Of a DNA stretch of 64,000 nucleotides, positions 1-9,744 are shown piece by piece. How positions within the stretch are numbered: position 1 is the first letter of the stretch; every line of letters starts with the position of its first letter. The notes under the pieces were generated by a model. The model was not told where the DNA came from, made no database searches, and saw only the letters and a list, made by a program, of their open reading frames with translations. Position numbers and translations under genes: made by a program. This stretch comes from a virus: the IMG/VR virus record IMGVR_UViG_3300025383_000010. The stretch is one strand, 5' to 3'.

Positions 1-1
1 A

Positions 2-649
2 AAATACAAAAAGATGGACTTTTCAAAGGCACCTCCCGTTGTAGTAGACAGTGATGGCTATCTAATAGATGGATATCATAGAGTAAACACAGCAAGGGCA
101 CTGGGCGTACCGACTGTCAAGGCCTGGGTAGGTGTTAAACAAACTAATGAAACAGTAAGCACTGGACTAGGCGGTGGTAGTGCTGGTAACAATGGTGGCT
201 CAATGGTCGGCGGCCCTACTACATATGAGCAAGAATATGGTATGGTAAAGAGTAGAGGTCAACGTAGAATCATGACCATGACTGAGGATACTACTACATT
301 AAGTGATATCTACGATAACAACTACCCAGATCATAATGAATTGATTTGGAACTATATCGGCACCAGTGACCTTGATACTCCATTCATGATTCAAACTATT
401 AATCCAAACAAACTAAATCTATGCTTGACTAGCCAGTATAGAATAGAACATATTGAAGAACTATTTGATATGATGGATGAAGATCAACGAGAAACAGTAG
501 AACATTATGAAAATGATCCTAATCTCAGTGATCAAATCATTGTAATGAACGATGGTAGAATCATTGACGGCAATCATAGAGCGTTAGCAGCAGTGTTGTC
601 TAATCGTCCAATCAAGTTTGTTGACATTGGTGAAGAAGAAGACATATAA
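2..649 (+). CDS. Tandem ParB/Srx-like domain protein, 5' end probably outside the window
   Basis: Two ParB-type motifs, PPVVV..LIDGYHR and QIIV..IIDGNHRALAA. Frame is open from position 2. Confidence 0.7.
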   Translation, partial: KYKKMDFSKAPPVVVDSDGYLIDGYHRVNTARALGVPTVKAWVGVKQTNETVSTGLGGGSAGNNGGSMVGGPTTYEQEYGMVKSRGQRRIMTMTEDTTTLSDIYDNNYPDHNELIWNYIGTSDLDTPFMIQTINPNKLNLCLTSQYRIEHIEELFDMMDEDQRETVEHYENDPNLSDQIIVMNDGRIIDGNHRALAAVLSNRPIKFVDIGEEEDI

Positions 650-650
650 G

Positions 651-676
651 CATAAATAGTCTATAGGACTATAATC
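651..676 (+). promoter_or_regulatory. Late-promoter-like TAAATA followed by a small hairpin (ATAGTC/GACTAT)
   Basis: CATAAATA resembles the T4 late promoter TATAAATA; the motif recurs before many genes in this window. Confidence 0.5.
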
Positions 677-1120
677 ATGCTACCAGAAACACTTAAAACA
701 CTTTTGGCTTCAGCCTACACGCTTTCTATCAAGGCTCAACAGTTTCATTGGAACGTTGAAGGCCCTGACTTCCCCCAGTATCACGAGTTTCTAGGCAACT
801 TCTATGAAGAAGTTTATGGAAACACTATTGATAGACTAGCGGAAACTATTCGCCAGTTAGATGAATATGCTCCTGGCAGTCTCACTCGCTTTGCTGAGTT
901 GTCACAAATCTCAGACCAGACTAAAGTTCCTCGTGCTGAATTGATGATGCAGGAACTATATCATGATAACGCTACGATTCTTGCTATGTACAAGCAAGCG
1001 TTTCATGTAGCTAATGATGCAGATGAACAGGGCATTGCGAACTTCATTGCAGAGCGCATTGATGCTCACGCCAAGCATAATTGGATGTTGAGAAGTATTC
1101 TTAAAACTCAGAGAGCATAA
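677..1120 (+). CDS. dps: Dps / DNA-binding ferritin-like protein
   Basis: FHWNVEGPDF..HEF, IDRLAE and HAKHNWML motifs; 147 aa. Confidence 0.9.
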   Translation: MLPETLKTLLASAYTLSIKAQQFHWNVEGPDFPQYHEFLGNFYEEVYGNTIDRLAETIRQLDEYAPGSLTRFAELSQISDQTKVPRAELMMQELYHDNATILAMYKQAFHVANDADEQGIANFIAERIDAHAKHNWMLRSILKTQRA

Positions 1121-4050
1121 TGAGAGCAAAACATTTTCTTGAACTATATGAGGCTCAGCAAGAGTTATTTGAAGTTGAAATGAGTCCTTCAAATCTCAAG
1201 AAGTTGGCCGCTGGTGTTCCTGGTGCCAAAGTTGGCATAGAGTTTGAAATGGTCGTCCCTGATGTTGAAATTGATGATGAAGATAGATATGACGAGCCAG
1301 AAGAAGATTATAGCCATGATCCACGTCCCGATGATATTGATGACATCGTTCGTTTCTTTGGTGGTGAAGACGAGTATGTTGGACAACAGAATAGTGATCG
1401 TGAAGTAGAACGACTAGGCGAAGAACTTACTGAAAAGTTTCATGAATGGCAAACTGAGCAGATTGACAATGATTGGAATGGTCCAGATGGTAAAGGCTTC
1501 TTTAGAGACTGGTGTCACAATAACATAAGTGATGAAGACGTTGCCGAGCATGTAGGCAAAGGAGAAGACTTATTCGGAGAAACAGTTCCCGACAAAGAAG
1601 ATTGGGAAAAGTTTATTGAAGATGAATGGGACGAACAGGGCGATAATTATAATAGAGCCTATGAAGAATATATTGAAACTAAACGAGACGAAGGTGACTT
1701 TAGCGAAAGAGACTTTTTGCACGACATTGGCATTGATGAGATGTCGGATGTTATGAGACGAGTTAACGCAAATATTTCGTGGCCATATTACACTGCGCCG
1801 GAATCTAGTTATGGTGGTGGTGAAGCCATTGAATCTATCGGTGATGATTTTAGTGAGGCAATTGGCAAAAAAGTTTATTCAAGCAGTGATTATCACGGCG
1901 CACGTAGAGCACCGGATGCATACTCATTAGAAACTGATAGTAGTATTAATCATAGATCAGGTGAAGCTGGATTAGAGTTTATCAGTCCTCCCATGCCTGT
2001 TGATGAAATGATTGAAGACTTAAAGAAAGTTAAAGAATGGGCTGATGACCGCGGAGCATATACTAATAATTCAACTGGTCTGCACATTAACGTTAGTGTT
2101 CCTAACTATAGTCGTGATGACCTTGACTATGTAAAGTTAGCTATATTACTTGGCGACAAGTATGTATTAGATAAGTTTGGACGTATTGGCAATACATATG
2201 CTAAATCAGCACTTGACATTATTAAAGAAAGAGCTAATAGTCCAGCAGATGTTGATAGACTATTAAAGCAATTAAAAGGCAATATGGAAACTATTGCTAG
2301 TAAATTAATTCACAGTGGTCGCACTAACAAGTATACTAGTATTAATACTAAAGATAGCTACGTAGAATTCCGTAGTGCAGGTGGCGATTGGCTTGACAAA
2401 AACTTTGATAAGATTGAAGATACATTATTGAGATTCGTAGTAGCACTTGATGCTGCCTGCGATCCAAAGAAGTATAAGAAAGAATACTTAAAGGGTTTGT
2501 ATAAGTTGCTCAAGCCTAAGGATCCAAAGAGCGATATGAGCTATCTTGCTCGTTATATGGCTGGGGAAATCACTCGCTCAGAATATGCTAAGCAGCTTGA
2601 AAAAACTCGCACCGAACGTTTTAAAGACCAAGGTATTAGAATCCTTCACCCAGATGATGTTGAAGAAAACGATTGGGTAGTAGAATATAACGATGGTAAG
2701 AAAGAAAATACCATTTATATTGCAAACACTGATACAGTTCCTGATGAGTCATCCGCATTTAAGGCCGCACAAAAGTTCAAGCCAAATTGGTTTAGACCAG
2801 ACACGATTGAATATATCACTGTAAAGCCATTTAAGTTTGACCCTTCATTAGATGATCTTAAACTATATCGTGCTGACTATGGTCATGGGCTTACCAGCGT
2901 TGTTGCAGAAAACGAAGAAGAAGCAAGAGATTATGTACTAGCAATGAATCCGGAATATTTTGCAGCACATCCCAATACTGAAATCACGTTGACTGACGAA
3001 CATGCTAGTAAGCGTCAAATTAATCAGATGATTGAATGGCAAACTAATAAAGTTCGTGAGGGTCTAGAATGGTCACAGCGTCCAAAGATTTGGCGTGTTA
3101 GAGTAGTTGATGGATCAAATGGTTATCAACGCTACTTCTTTATAGCTGCAACTACAAGAGATAACGCAATTAATGTAGCGAATAAACTTGAAGGTGAAGA
3201 CGTAGAAGGTATGCAAGGGTTTGATATGTATATAGATCAAAACTATCCTGATGAGGACACATATCAAGAATATGAAAAAGCGCAAGAAGATTTAATTCAA
3301 CAACGTGAACAAGAAAGACAGCGAGATAGAGAAACTACTGAGTTCAATAAAGCCGGCGAAGATGAAACTATTGACATTAGTAATCTAAAGACATATCGTT
3401 TAAGCAATTACAATGGTTATGCATATTTTGTTGCTGAAAATGGTGCTGAGGCTGTTGAAATAGCTATGAAATTAGAACCTGATAAGTTTGTTCGTCCAGA
3501 AGATATTACGGTACAAGATCAATCAGGTTTAGTATCTACCAGCCAGCCTTCGTTAATGCGTAGTATGTATAAGAGTCAGCAAGAAAAGTTAGCCCGTCTT
3601 GAGCAGTCTACTCAACCTGAGCAGTATAGCGTTTATGACACAAGCAATGGCCGCGGCGACAATATCTTTATTGCAGCAAGAACACCAGTTGAAGCGCATA
3701 CAATCGCTGCTAGACTATACCCTGATATCTTCAATGATGAAATAAGAACAGAGAGATATGGTGCCGCTACGCAAATGGATGCTAATAGATTATTGCGACA
3801 GCAAGCCGCAAGAGAGCAGGCATTAAGACAATCTAATCCACAATTTAGCGGATCATTTGGATCTCCAGAGCCTGCATTTAGTGAACCATCATCTACTAGA
3901 CAGTCTTGGAGAGTTCAAAATGTAGACTCCGGAGAAGCTCGCTATTTCCCGGCTATTGATATGCAGGATGCTATTAACACAGCAAGACGAGAATATCCTG
4001 CAATGTTCCCACGATCTGCGGGATTGTATGCTACACGAGCAAGTAACTAA
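1120..4050 (+). CDS. Putative amidoligase (COOH-NH2 ligase type 2) with C-terminal repeats
   Basis: GIEFEM, ETDSSI, GLEFISPPM, NNSTGLHINVS, KYTSIN and VEFRSAGG motifs; N-terminal MRAxxF; about six C-terminal repeats. Confidence 0.75.
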   Translation: MRAKHFLELYEAQQELFEVEMSPSNLKKLAAGVPGAKVGIEFEMVVPDVEIDDEDRYDEPEEDYSHDPRPDDIDDIVRFFGGEDEYVGQQNSDREVERLGEELTEKFHEWQTEQIDNDWNGPDGKGFFRDWCHNNISDEDVAEHVGKGEDLFGETVPDKEDWEKFIEDEWDEQGDNYNRAYEEYIETKRDEGDFSERDFLHDIGIDEMSDVMRRVNANISWPYYTAPESSYGGGEAIESIGDDFSEAIGKKVYSSSDYHGARRAPDAYSLETDSSINHRSGEAGLEFISPPMPVDEMIEDLKKVKEWADDRGAYTNNSTGLHINVSVPNYSRDDLDYVKLAILLGDKYVLDKFGRIGNTYAKSALDIIKERANSPADVDRLLKQLKGNMETIASKLIHSGRTNKYTSINTKDSYVEFRSAGGDWLDKNFDKIEDTLLRFVVALDAACDPKKYKKEYLKGLYKLLKPKDPKSDMSYLARYMAGEITRSEYAKQLEKTRTERFKDQGIRILHPDDVEENDWVVEYNDGKKENTIYIANTDTVPDESSAFKAAQKFKPNWFRPDTIEYITVKPFKFDPSLDDLKLYRADYGHGLTSVVAENEEEARDYVLAMNPEYFAAHPNTEITLTDEHASKRQINQMIEWQTNKVREGLEWSQRPKIWRVRVVDGSNGYQRYFFIAATTRDNAINVANKLEGEDVEGMQGFDMYIDQNYPDEDTYQEYEKAQEDLIQQREQERQRDRETTEFNKAGEDETIDISNLKTYRLSNYNGYAYFVAENGAEAVEIAMKLEPDKFVRPEDITVQDQSGLVSTSQPSLMRSMYKSQQEKLARLEQSTQPEQYSVYDTSNGRGDNIFIAARTPVEAHTIAARLYPDIFNDEIRTERYGAATQMDANRLLRQQAAREQALRQSNPQFSGSFGSPEPAFSEPSSTRQSWRVQNVDSGEARYFPAIDMQDAINTARREYPAMFPRSAGLYATRASN

Positions 4051-5240
4051 TGAGAGCTAATGAATTCATAACCAGTCAACAGTTGGATGAAGACTGGAAG
4101 AAAACTCTAGGCACAGTAGGCGCGGCTGGTGCATTAGCATTAGGTGCTCATTCTCTTATGAAGCCAAAAAATGACTTTCAGCCTGTTACTAGAATTGATT
4201 TGTCCGCACCAAAACCACTAGCTGCTAATGTATTGCATCAAGTTAAAGCAATCATGAATAAGCCCGCTGCAAAGATATTAAAAAATGCTGCTATTAAAGC
4301 AGGGTTGAAGGGTGCAGAGTTGCAACAGTTCATGGCACAATGCGCCCACGAAACTCAGAACTTTTCTTCATTGAAAGAGTTCGGCGGCTCATTAGACTTT
4401 AGAAAATATGATCCAAAATATGCACCAAAGAAAGCAGCAATACTAGGAAATACTAATCCCGGTGATGGTGTCAAATATCATGGGCGCGGATTTATTCAAT
4501 TAACTGGTCGTGAAAACTACAAGAAAGCAGGCACTGCATTAGGACTTCCATTAGAGAAACATCCTGAGTTAGTTGAGAAGCCTAATGTAGCAGCTAAGGT
4601 TGCATTATGGTTTTGGCAGCATCGTGTATCACCTAAGGTAAATGACTTCACTGACACAGAACAGGCTACTAAACATATCAACTCTGGTCTTCATGGATTA
4701 GCCGACAGAGATAAAAAGTTTCAAGCACTACATCAACTAGCATATGTTAGAGAAGATGAGTTAGACGAATACAAAGCTGATAACGATATAAACGGTAAGG
4801 GACTTGGCACCACTGGTTATAACAGTAACGTAGACTATCGTGGATTAAGAGTATTGATGAAGCCAAGTGACTTCTTATCACTTGCTGCACATCTTCCAAG
4901 TCCAACAAGCGTTGATTATATCGTACAGCACATGGAAAAGGGTGGAAGTTTAGGTTCTCCATTCTTGATCATTGACATTCCTGAAAAATACTTTGATGGT
5001 GACTTCACTGGCTTGAACTATGCACAAGTTGTAGGGCATGAAGGTCGCAATCGTATGCTCGCTATTCAGAAAGTAGAAGGTGATGAGCCATGTGAAGTTC
5101 ATATCTTTGGTTACGGAGAAATCAGAGCCAGACACTTTACACCGGAAATCATTGAGCAACTAGAGGTTGCAATGCGTAACCAAGATGGCAAGCTAGTGTT
5201 TGCTAAGCCTGGCCAATTATTATTTGAGCCAATGGCATAA
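4050..5240 (+). CDS. GH19 chitinase/lysozyme fused to a ParB-like C-terminal domain
   Basis: FMAQCAHET, YHGRGFIQLTGRENY and INSG (GH19); SPFL..VVGHEGRNRMLA (ParB-like). Confidence 0.8.
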   Translation: MRANEFITSQQLDEDWKKTLGTVGAAGALALGAHSLMKPKNDFQPVTRIDLSAPKPLAANVLHQVKAIMNKPAAKILKNAAIKAGLKGAELQQFMAQCAHETQNFSSLKEFGGSLDFRKYDPKYAPKKAAILGNTNPGDGVKYHGRGFIQLTGRENYKKAGTALGLPLEKHPELVEKPNVAAKVALWFWQHRVSPKVNDFTDTEQATKHINSGLHGLADRDKKFQALHQLAYVREDELDEYKADNDINGKGLGTTGYNSNVDYRGLRVLMKPSDFLSLAAHLPSPTSVDYIVQHMEKGGSLGSPFLIIDIPEKYFDGDFTGLNYAQVVGHEGRNRMLAIQKVEGDEPCEVHIFGYGEIRARHFTPEIIEQLEVAMRNQDGKLVFAKPGQLLFEPMA

Positions 5241-5326
5241 AAAAGGTTGACAACGGTACACACCAATGATATAGTGATATTTGTCAGCAGTGATAAATAC
5301 TCTATCAAAACAAAAAGGGTTATAAA

Positions 5327-5656
5327 ATGAAGATTAACGAACTGCTCATGGAATCGTTTGATGACGAAGAAGAACTTGACATCGTAGACGATCCGGATAC
5401 TGATAAGGTTCCTCACATCGTAATGCAGTTCAAGAAGGCTCTTGACAACGGTGGTCGTTCGCCTGTTATCTTCAAGGACGGTGATAAGGTGAGCATCCCT
5501 GTTGCTGTTATGGCTGACTTCCTAAACGGCTATGATTCAATGAAGCCGTTTGAGCGTGAAGAATTGCAGAAGGTTGCAACTCAGAGCCTAGAACACTTCA
5601 AGGAAGCACTTCGTACTATGAAGCGTAACACTATGCATAAGAGTATCTACCGTTAA
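5327..5656 (+). CDS. Hypothetical late protein with MKINEL N-terminus
   Basis: ORF after a TAAATA motif; codon use matches the genome. Confidence 0.6.
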   Translation: MKINELLMESFDDEEELDIVDDPDTDKVPHIVMQFKKALDNGGRSPVIFKDGDKVSIPVAVMADFLNGYDSMKPFEREELQKVATQSLEHFKEALRTMKRNTMHKSIYR

Positions 5657-5762
5657 TTTGACCTACGTCAAAACCGTGTAGTTATTTTTACTCCCATATT
5701 GCTAAATACATATGAAGCCCGTAGTTAATCTACGGGTTTCCTATAATACAATAGGAGTACGA

Positions 5763-6044
5763 ATGGGAGAGTTCTTTAATTTAGTAGCCCAGGTTGGCTT
5801 TCCAATCGCTGCTGCATGTGGCGCTGGTTACTTCGTATTCCTTACATTGAAGTTTATTCTTGCGGGTGTGTCTGGTAGCGTATCAGGCATGAAAGGGATC
5901 ATTTCTTCTCTTGACAATCGTGTTAAGACAATGAACCATGATGTCATTCGAATTGATACAGTAGTTAGTAATGCTCTTGGCCTAAAACCAGACGTAGATC
6001 GCATTGCTCGTGCTGATGGTAAGACGGATGCAAGGAGAGACTAA
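5763..6044 (+). CDS. Small membrane/coiled-coil protein, paralog A
   Basis: AGGAG RBS; VGFPIAAA TM segment; similar to 6197-6505. Confidence 0.65.
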   Translation: MGEFFNLVAQVGFPIAAACGAGYFVFLTLKFILAGVSGSVSGMKGIISSLDNRVKTMNHDVIRIDTVVSNALGLKPDVDRIARADGKTDARRD

Positions 6045-6196
6045 TGCTTATTGTAGAATGTTGGCTAGACGTTCATAATAATGGAAGCATCACGATAGAT
6101 GAAGATGCGTCCAGACATTTGAAGGTTGAGGAAGGAGACGAGTTTGTTGCGTTTATACGTGATGAACGTGTGATATTGGTAAAGAAGAAGAAATAA
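6044..6196 (+). CDS. AbrB/MazE-like small protein (50 aa, not in the ORF track)
   Basis: MLIVECWLDVHNNGSITIDEDASRHLKVEEGDEFVAFIRDERVILVKKKK; TAATG coupling; G-x-I-T-I..L..EGD pattern. Confidence 0.5.
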   Translation: MLIVECWLDVHNNGSITIDEDASRHLKVEEGDEFVAFIRDERVILVKKKK

Positions 6197-6505
6197 ATGG
6201 GCAGTGGATTAGCAGACTTAATCAACAAATATGGATTCCCCATCATTGCTGCTGGCGGCATGGGATACCTCATATATTATGTATGGGAGTGGGCAACCAA
6301 AGAAGTTAAGCCTGTTCTCAGTGAAGCTAATACCACGTTGATTGCTCTAATTGATCGCATTAGAATGCTAGACAATGACTTGATTCGTTTAAATCAAAAA
6401 GTGAACACCGTATTGCACTTGCGCGGTAAGACTATTGAGCATGAACGTGTTGAAGCAGAACATATTATCAACCAGCCAAAGAAAGCAGAAGAACATAAGA
6501 AATAA
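6197..6505 (+). CDS. Small membrane/coiled-coil protein, paralog B
   Basis: YGFPIIAAGG TM segment; LIDRIRMLDNDLIR aligns with LDNRVKTMNHDVIR of paralog A. Confidence 0.65.
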   Translation: MGSGLADLINKYGFPIIAAGGMGYLIYYVWEWATKEVKPVLSEANTTLIALIDRIRMLDNDLIRLNQKVNTVLHLRGKTIEHERVEAEHIINQPKKAEEHKK

Positions 6506-6521
6506 TACTAGGGAGAGAATA

Positions 6522-6968
6522 ATGATAAGAAAAATAATGATATTACTTTCTCTATGTGCAAGTAGTACAGCATATGCAGATCCAATAGTACAGCAATTCA
6601 AAGACCCATCCTTTAGTGGCTATGGCTGGTCTACTCATGTCCTACAAGTTGAAGCAGCAATGGAAGCACATAAAGCATCAAACGATAATGCTATTGCTAC
6701 TGCTCAAGCAAATGCTGTATCAGCCGCTGCAAATACTCCATTAGCAAAGTTCATCAATCTATTCACTAGCCAAGTATATGCACAACTTGCTACACAGTTG
6801 TCTAATAATCTATTTCAAACAGGTGGCTCGGCTACTACTGGCACATTTAACTTAGATGGTAACACTATTAGCTATGTGAAAACAGGAACTAATGTTCAAC
6901 TTACTGTAATAGACAAGACGGGTAATCAAACTGTAGTAACAGTTCCGATTGCTACGTTTGCGTTTTAA
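6522..6968 (+). CDS. csgF: Curli assembly protein CsgF-like
   Basis: Signal peptide; QQFKDPSFSG, YAQLATQL..NLF and GTFNLDG; adjacent to csgG. Confidence 0.75.
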   Translation: MIRKIMILLSLCASSTAYADPIVQQFKDPSFSGYGWSTHVLQVEAAMEAHKASNDNAIATAQANAVSAAANTPLAKFINLFTSQVYAQLATQLSNNLFQTGGSATTGTFNLDGNTISYVKTGTNVQLTVIDKTGNQTVVTVPIATFAF

Positions 6969-6978
6969 GGAGTAAGTT

Positions 6979-7806
6979 ATGAAGAAACTTATTCTATTAT
7001 TAGCTGCTACCACGATGCTTACAGGGTGTGTTGGTGCAATACATCCTAGACTAAACCAAGACAACGAATTATTACGCTCTAAGCCAAAAGTAGTTACTTT
7101 TGCTAATAAAAAAGTGTTCGATTCTATTCCTGAATTAGATGGGCCACCAATTCCTATTGCAGTATATGCATTCACAGATAAGACTGGACAAAGAAAGCCA
7201 TCATCAACTACAGCGTCATTTAGTAGCGCAGTAACACAAGGCGGTGAGGCTTATCTAATCAAGACATTGGGTGATGCGGCAGGCGGCAAATGGTTTAAAC
7301 CAGTTGAACGTGTTGGCATTGATAGTCTCATTAAAGAACGTCAATTGATTCGTCAAATGCGTGAACAAGAATTCGGTGAAAAGGCTGAACCTCTGCCGCC
7401 ATTAATGGTTGCAGGCCTTATCATTGAAGGTGGTATTATTGATTACAATAGTAACACTAAAACAGGAGGTAATGGTGTTCGTTACTTAGGAATAGGTCCG
7501 AACACTCAGTACAGTGAAGATATGGTCGTCATCAGTATGCGACTTGTATCAACACAAACCGGTGAAGTGCTAGATAGTGTTACTGTAACCAAGACAGTAC
7601 TATCAACATCTGAAGGGATCACTGCTTTTAAGTTCTTTGATTTAGGAACACAAGCATTTGAACTTGACGGGCAGCAAACAGCAAACGAACCGGGAAGTTA
7701 TGCTATACGCAGTGCCATAGAACTCGGTGTAGCAGAACTAATTAAAAGTGGTGAAAAGAAAGGACTTTGGCACTATAAAACCACTATTACTAAAGCAACA
7801 AAATAA
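6979..7806 (+). CDS. csgG: Curli secretion pore CsgG-like lipoprotein
   Basis: Lipobox LTGC; AVYAFTDKTGQRKP, SSAVTQG, VERVGIDSLIKERQLIR and EGGIIDY. Confidence 0.9.
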   Translation: MKKLILLLAATTMLTGCVGAIHPRLNQDNELLRSKPKVVTFANKKVFDSIPELDGPPIPIAVYAFTDKTGQRKPSSTTASFSSAVTQGGEAYLIKTLGDAAGGKWFKPVERVGIDSLIKERQLIRQMREQEFGEKAEPLPPLMVAGLIIEGGIIDYNSNTKTGGNGVRYLGIGPNTQYSEDMVVISMRLVSTQTGEVLDSVTVTKTVLSTSEGITAFKFFDLGTQAFELDGQQTANEPGSYAIRSAIELGVAELIKSGEKKGLWHYKTTITKATK

Positions 7807-7817
7807 GGATTATAACG

Positions 7818-8612
7818 ATGAAAATAATAATGAAAGCACTAATTCTTGGTTCGTTGTTGGTATCGGGCACTGCATTTGCTCAGCAAGCAAGCACTCCTAC
7901 TACAGCAGTTCTTCCTACTGCGCCGACTCCTCCTGCTATTGTAACTACTTCACCGAACGAAGTTGAAGCAGCAGCAGTGGCAACAACTAACAAAGTATAC
8001 ATCAATCAGTCAGGCGGTAGTGTGAATGTCAACATTCAACAGACTGGCACTGCTGATATAGTCGGCACATTAGCTGATCCTATCTATCTACGTGGTGATA
8101 GCAACGCTGTTACTGTTATTCAAACTGGTAACAGCAACACACTATTAATGGGTATTGTCGGTGATACTGGCGCAGGAACAGGCACCAATTCTACTATTAG
8201 ACAGATTGGAAACAACAACAGTGCTGATATTCGTTGCGGAACTTATCAGAATGATGCAAATTGTAATGGATTGAATCTAAATGACAAGTTTGTTGGTAAC
8301 AACAATACTCTTGCATTCCACGGCGCAGCAGCAAACATTACACAAACAATTGATACTAACGGCAACAATAATGCAATTACTGTTACTGTCACTGCTCCTA
8401 ATTCTTCACAGAACTTGTATTTCACTGGTGATAGCAACACTATCAATGTAACACAAACTGATACGGCCGGCACATACGGGCACAGTTTATGGGCCAACTT
8501 CACTGGAAGCAACAACACGGTAACAACGCAGCAGTATGGTGCGTCAGAAACTGTTGTTCACATTCAAAGTGTAGGGTCTAATGGCGTTTACAATATCAAA
8601 ACTGGTCACTAA
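7818..8612 (+). CDS. Secreted curlin-like repeat protein
   Basis: Signal peptide; repeated Q-x-G-x-x-N units; N/T/G-rich. Confidence 0.7.
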   Translation: MKIIMKALILGSLLVSGTAFAQQASTPTTAVLPTAPTPPAIVTTSPNEVEAAAVATTNKVYINQSGGSVNVNIQQTGTADIVGTLADPIYLRGDSNAVTVIQTGNSNTLLMGIVGDTGAGTGTNSTIRQIGNNNSADIRCGTYQNDANCNGLNLNDKFVGNNNTLAFHGAAANITQTIDTNGNNNAITVTVTAPNSSQNLYFTGDSNTINVTQTDTAGTYGHSLWANFTGSNNTVTTQQYGASETVVHIQSVGSNGVYNIKTGH

Positions 8613-9744
8613 GACTCTTGGAATCCTATTGCTTGCTTTAGCCTCACCCGCTTTAGCAAGCATAGGTTCCATAACAGAGGCAAAAGGCGGAGGGCAGATC
8701 AGAAGAGGGCCCAGTGCTATGCCTGCTGGTAGAGGTGCCGGCATTGAAAAGATGGATACTGTCTCTACTAATAGTCAAGGCAAGTTCAAGATAGTGTTTG
8801 TTGACGCTACTACAGTCAACATTACTGAAAATAGTAGACTTGTCATTGACGCCTTTGTGTTTGATAATAACAATAAAGCTAAAGGAAAATTAGGACTTAA
8901 GGTAGCATTAGGCACTGTGCGCTATGCATCAGGTGCTCTCGCTCACGGTAATCCAAAAGGTGTAAACATTCGCACACCAACTGCTACTATTGCTGTTCGT
9001 GGTACAGACTTTGTTATGAGTGTTGATGAAGCTGGCCGCTCAACAGTTGTTCTGGTTCCAAGTTGCTTTGACGATAAAGATATTACCAAAACAAACTTTG
9101 ATTGTCCAGCTGGCGCAATTGATGTTATAACGGCATCAGGTGTTGTGTCAATGACTAAGCCATTCCAAGCAACTGTTGTAGAGAATGCATTTGCTCCCCC
9201 AAGTCCGCCGGTCATCGTTAATCCAGCAATGAAAGCACTTAACAATACGATTCAGATTGCTCCACTAGCTACAGATGATGGGCAGAGCTTGCTTAAGGTA
9301 GCAAGAGAGGCAGTAAAAAAGTTTGTTAACCCTTCTAAAGCTGCATCAGATGATAACAAGGACCCTAACTCCGGAACAGGAGACAACGTTGAACAAGTTG
9401 CAATAGCTATTCAACCAAGACAGGCTACGCAAGCTGAGATTGAACAGGTCTATGAGGACATTAATGGTGCGTTACCTAAACAAACCATATACACAAACGT
9501 TTCACCCACGTATAGAAAGAAAATTCAAGAGGGTTGGGTCTATGCAAGAATATCTGATGATAAAAATCAGATAGTAGGAGTTTGGGTCCCTAAAGATTCA
9601 GAAGTACAAGTCGTATCATCACAGAATGGCATCGTTGACGCATATAACTTTATGGATCACAAATGGACTACATCAGGTACAGGTAGACCCCAAGGTACTA
9701 TCACTGTTATACAGAACGGTGCTCCACCGGACATGAACAAATGA
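8581..9744 (+). CDS. FecR-domain periplasmic protein
   Basis: Signal peptide; ENSRLVID, ALGTVRYASG and IRTPTATIAVRGTDF. Confidence 0.85.
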   Translation: MAFTISKLVTKTLGILLLALASPALASIGSITEAKGGGQIRRGPSAMPAGRGAGIEKMDTVSTNSQGKFKIVFVDATTVNITENSRLVIDAFVFDNNNKAKGKLGLKVALGTVRYASGALAHGNPKGVNIRTPTATIAVRGTDFVMSVDEAGRSTVVLVPSCFDDKDITKTNFDCPAGAIDVITASGVVSMTKPFQATVVENAFAPPSPPVIVNPAMKALNNTIQIAPLATDDGQSLLKVAREAVKKFVNPSKAASDDNKDPNSGTGDNVEQVAIAIQPRQATQAEIEQVYEDINGALPKQTIYTNVSPTYRKKIQEGWVYARISDDKNQIVGVWVPKDSEVQVVSSQNGIVDAYNFMDHKWTTSGTGRPQGTITVIQNGAPPDMNK

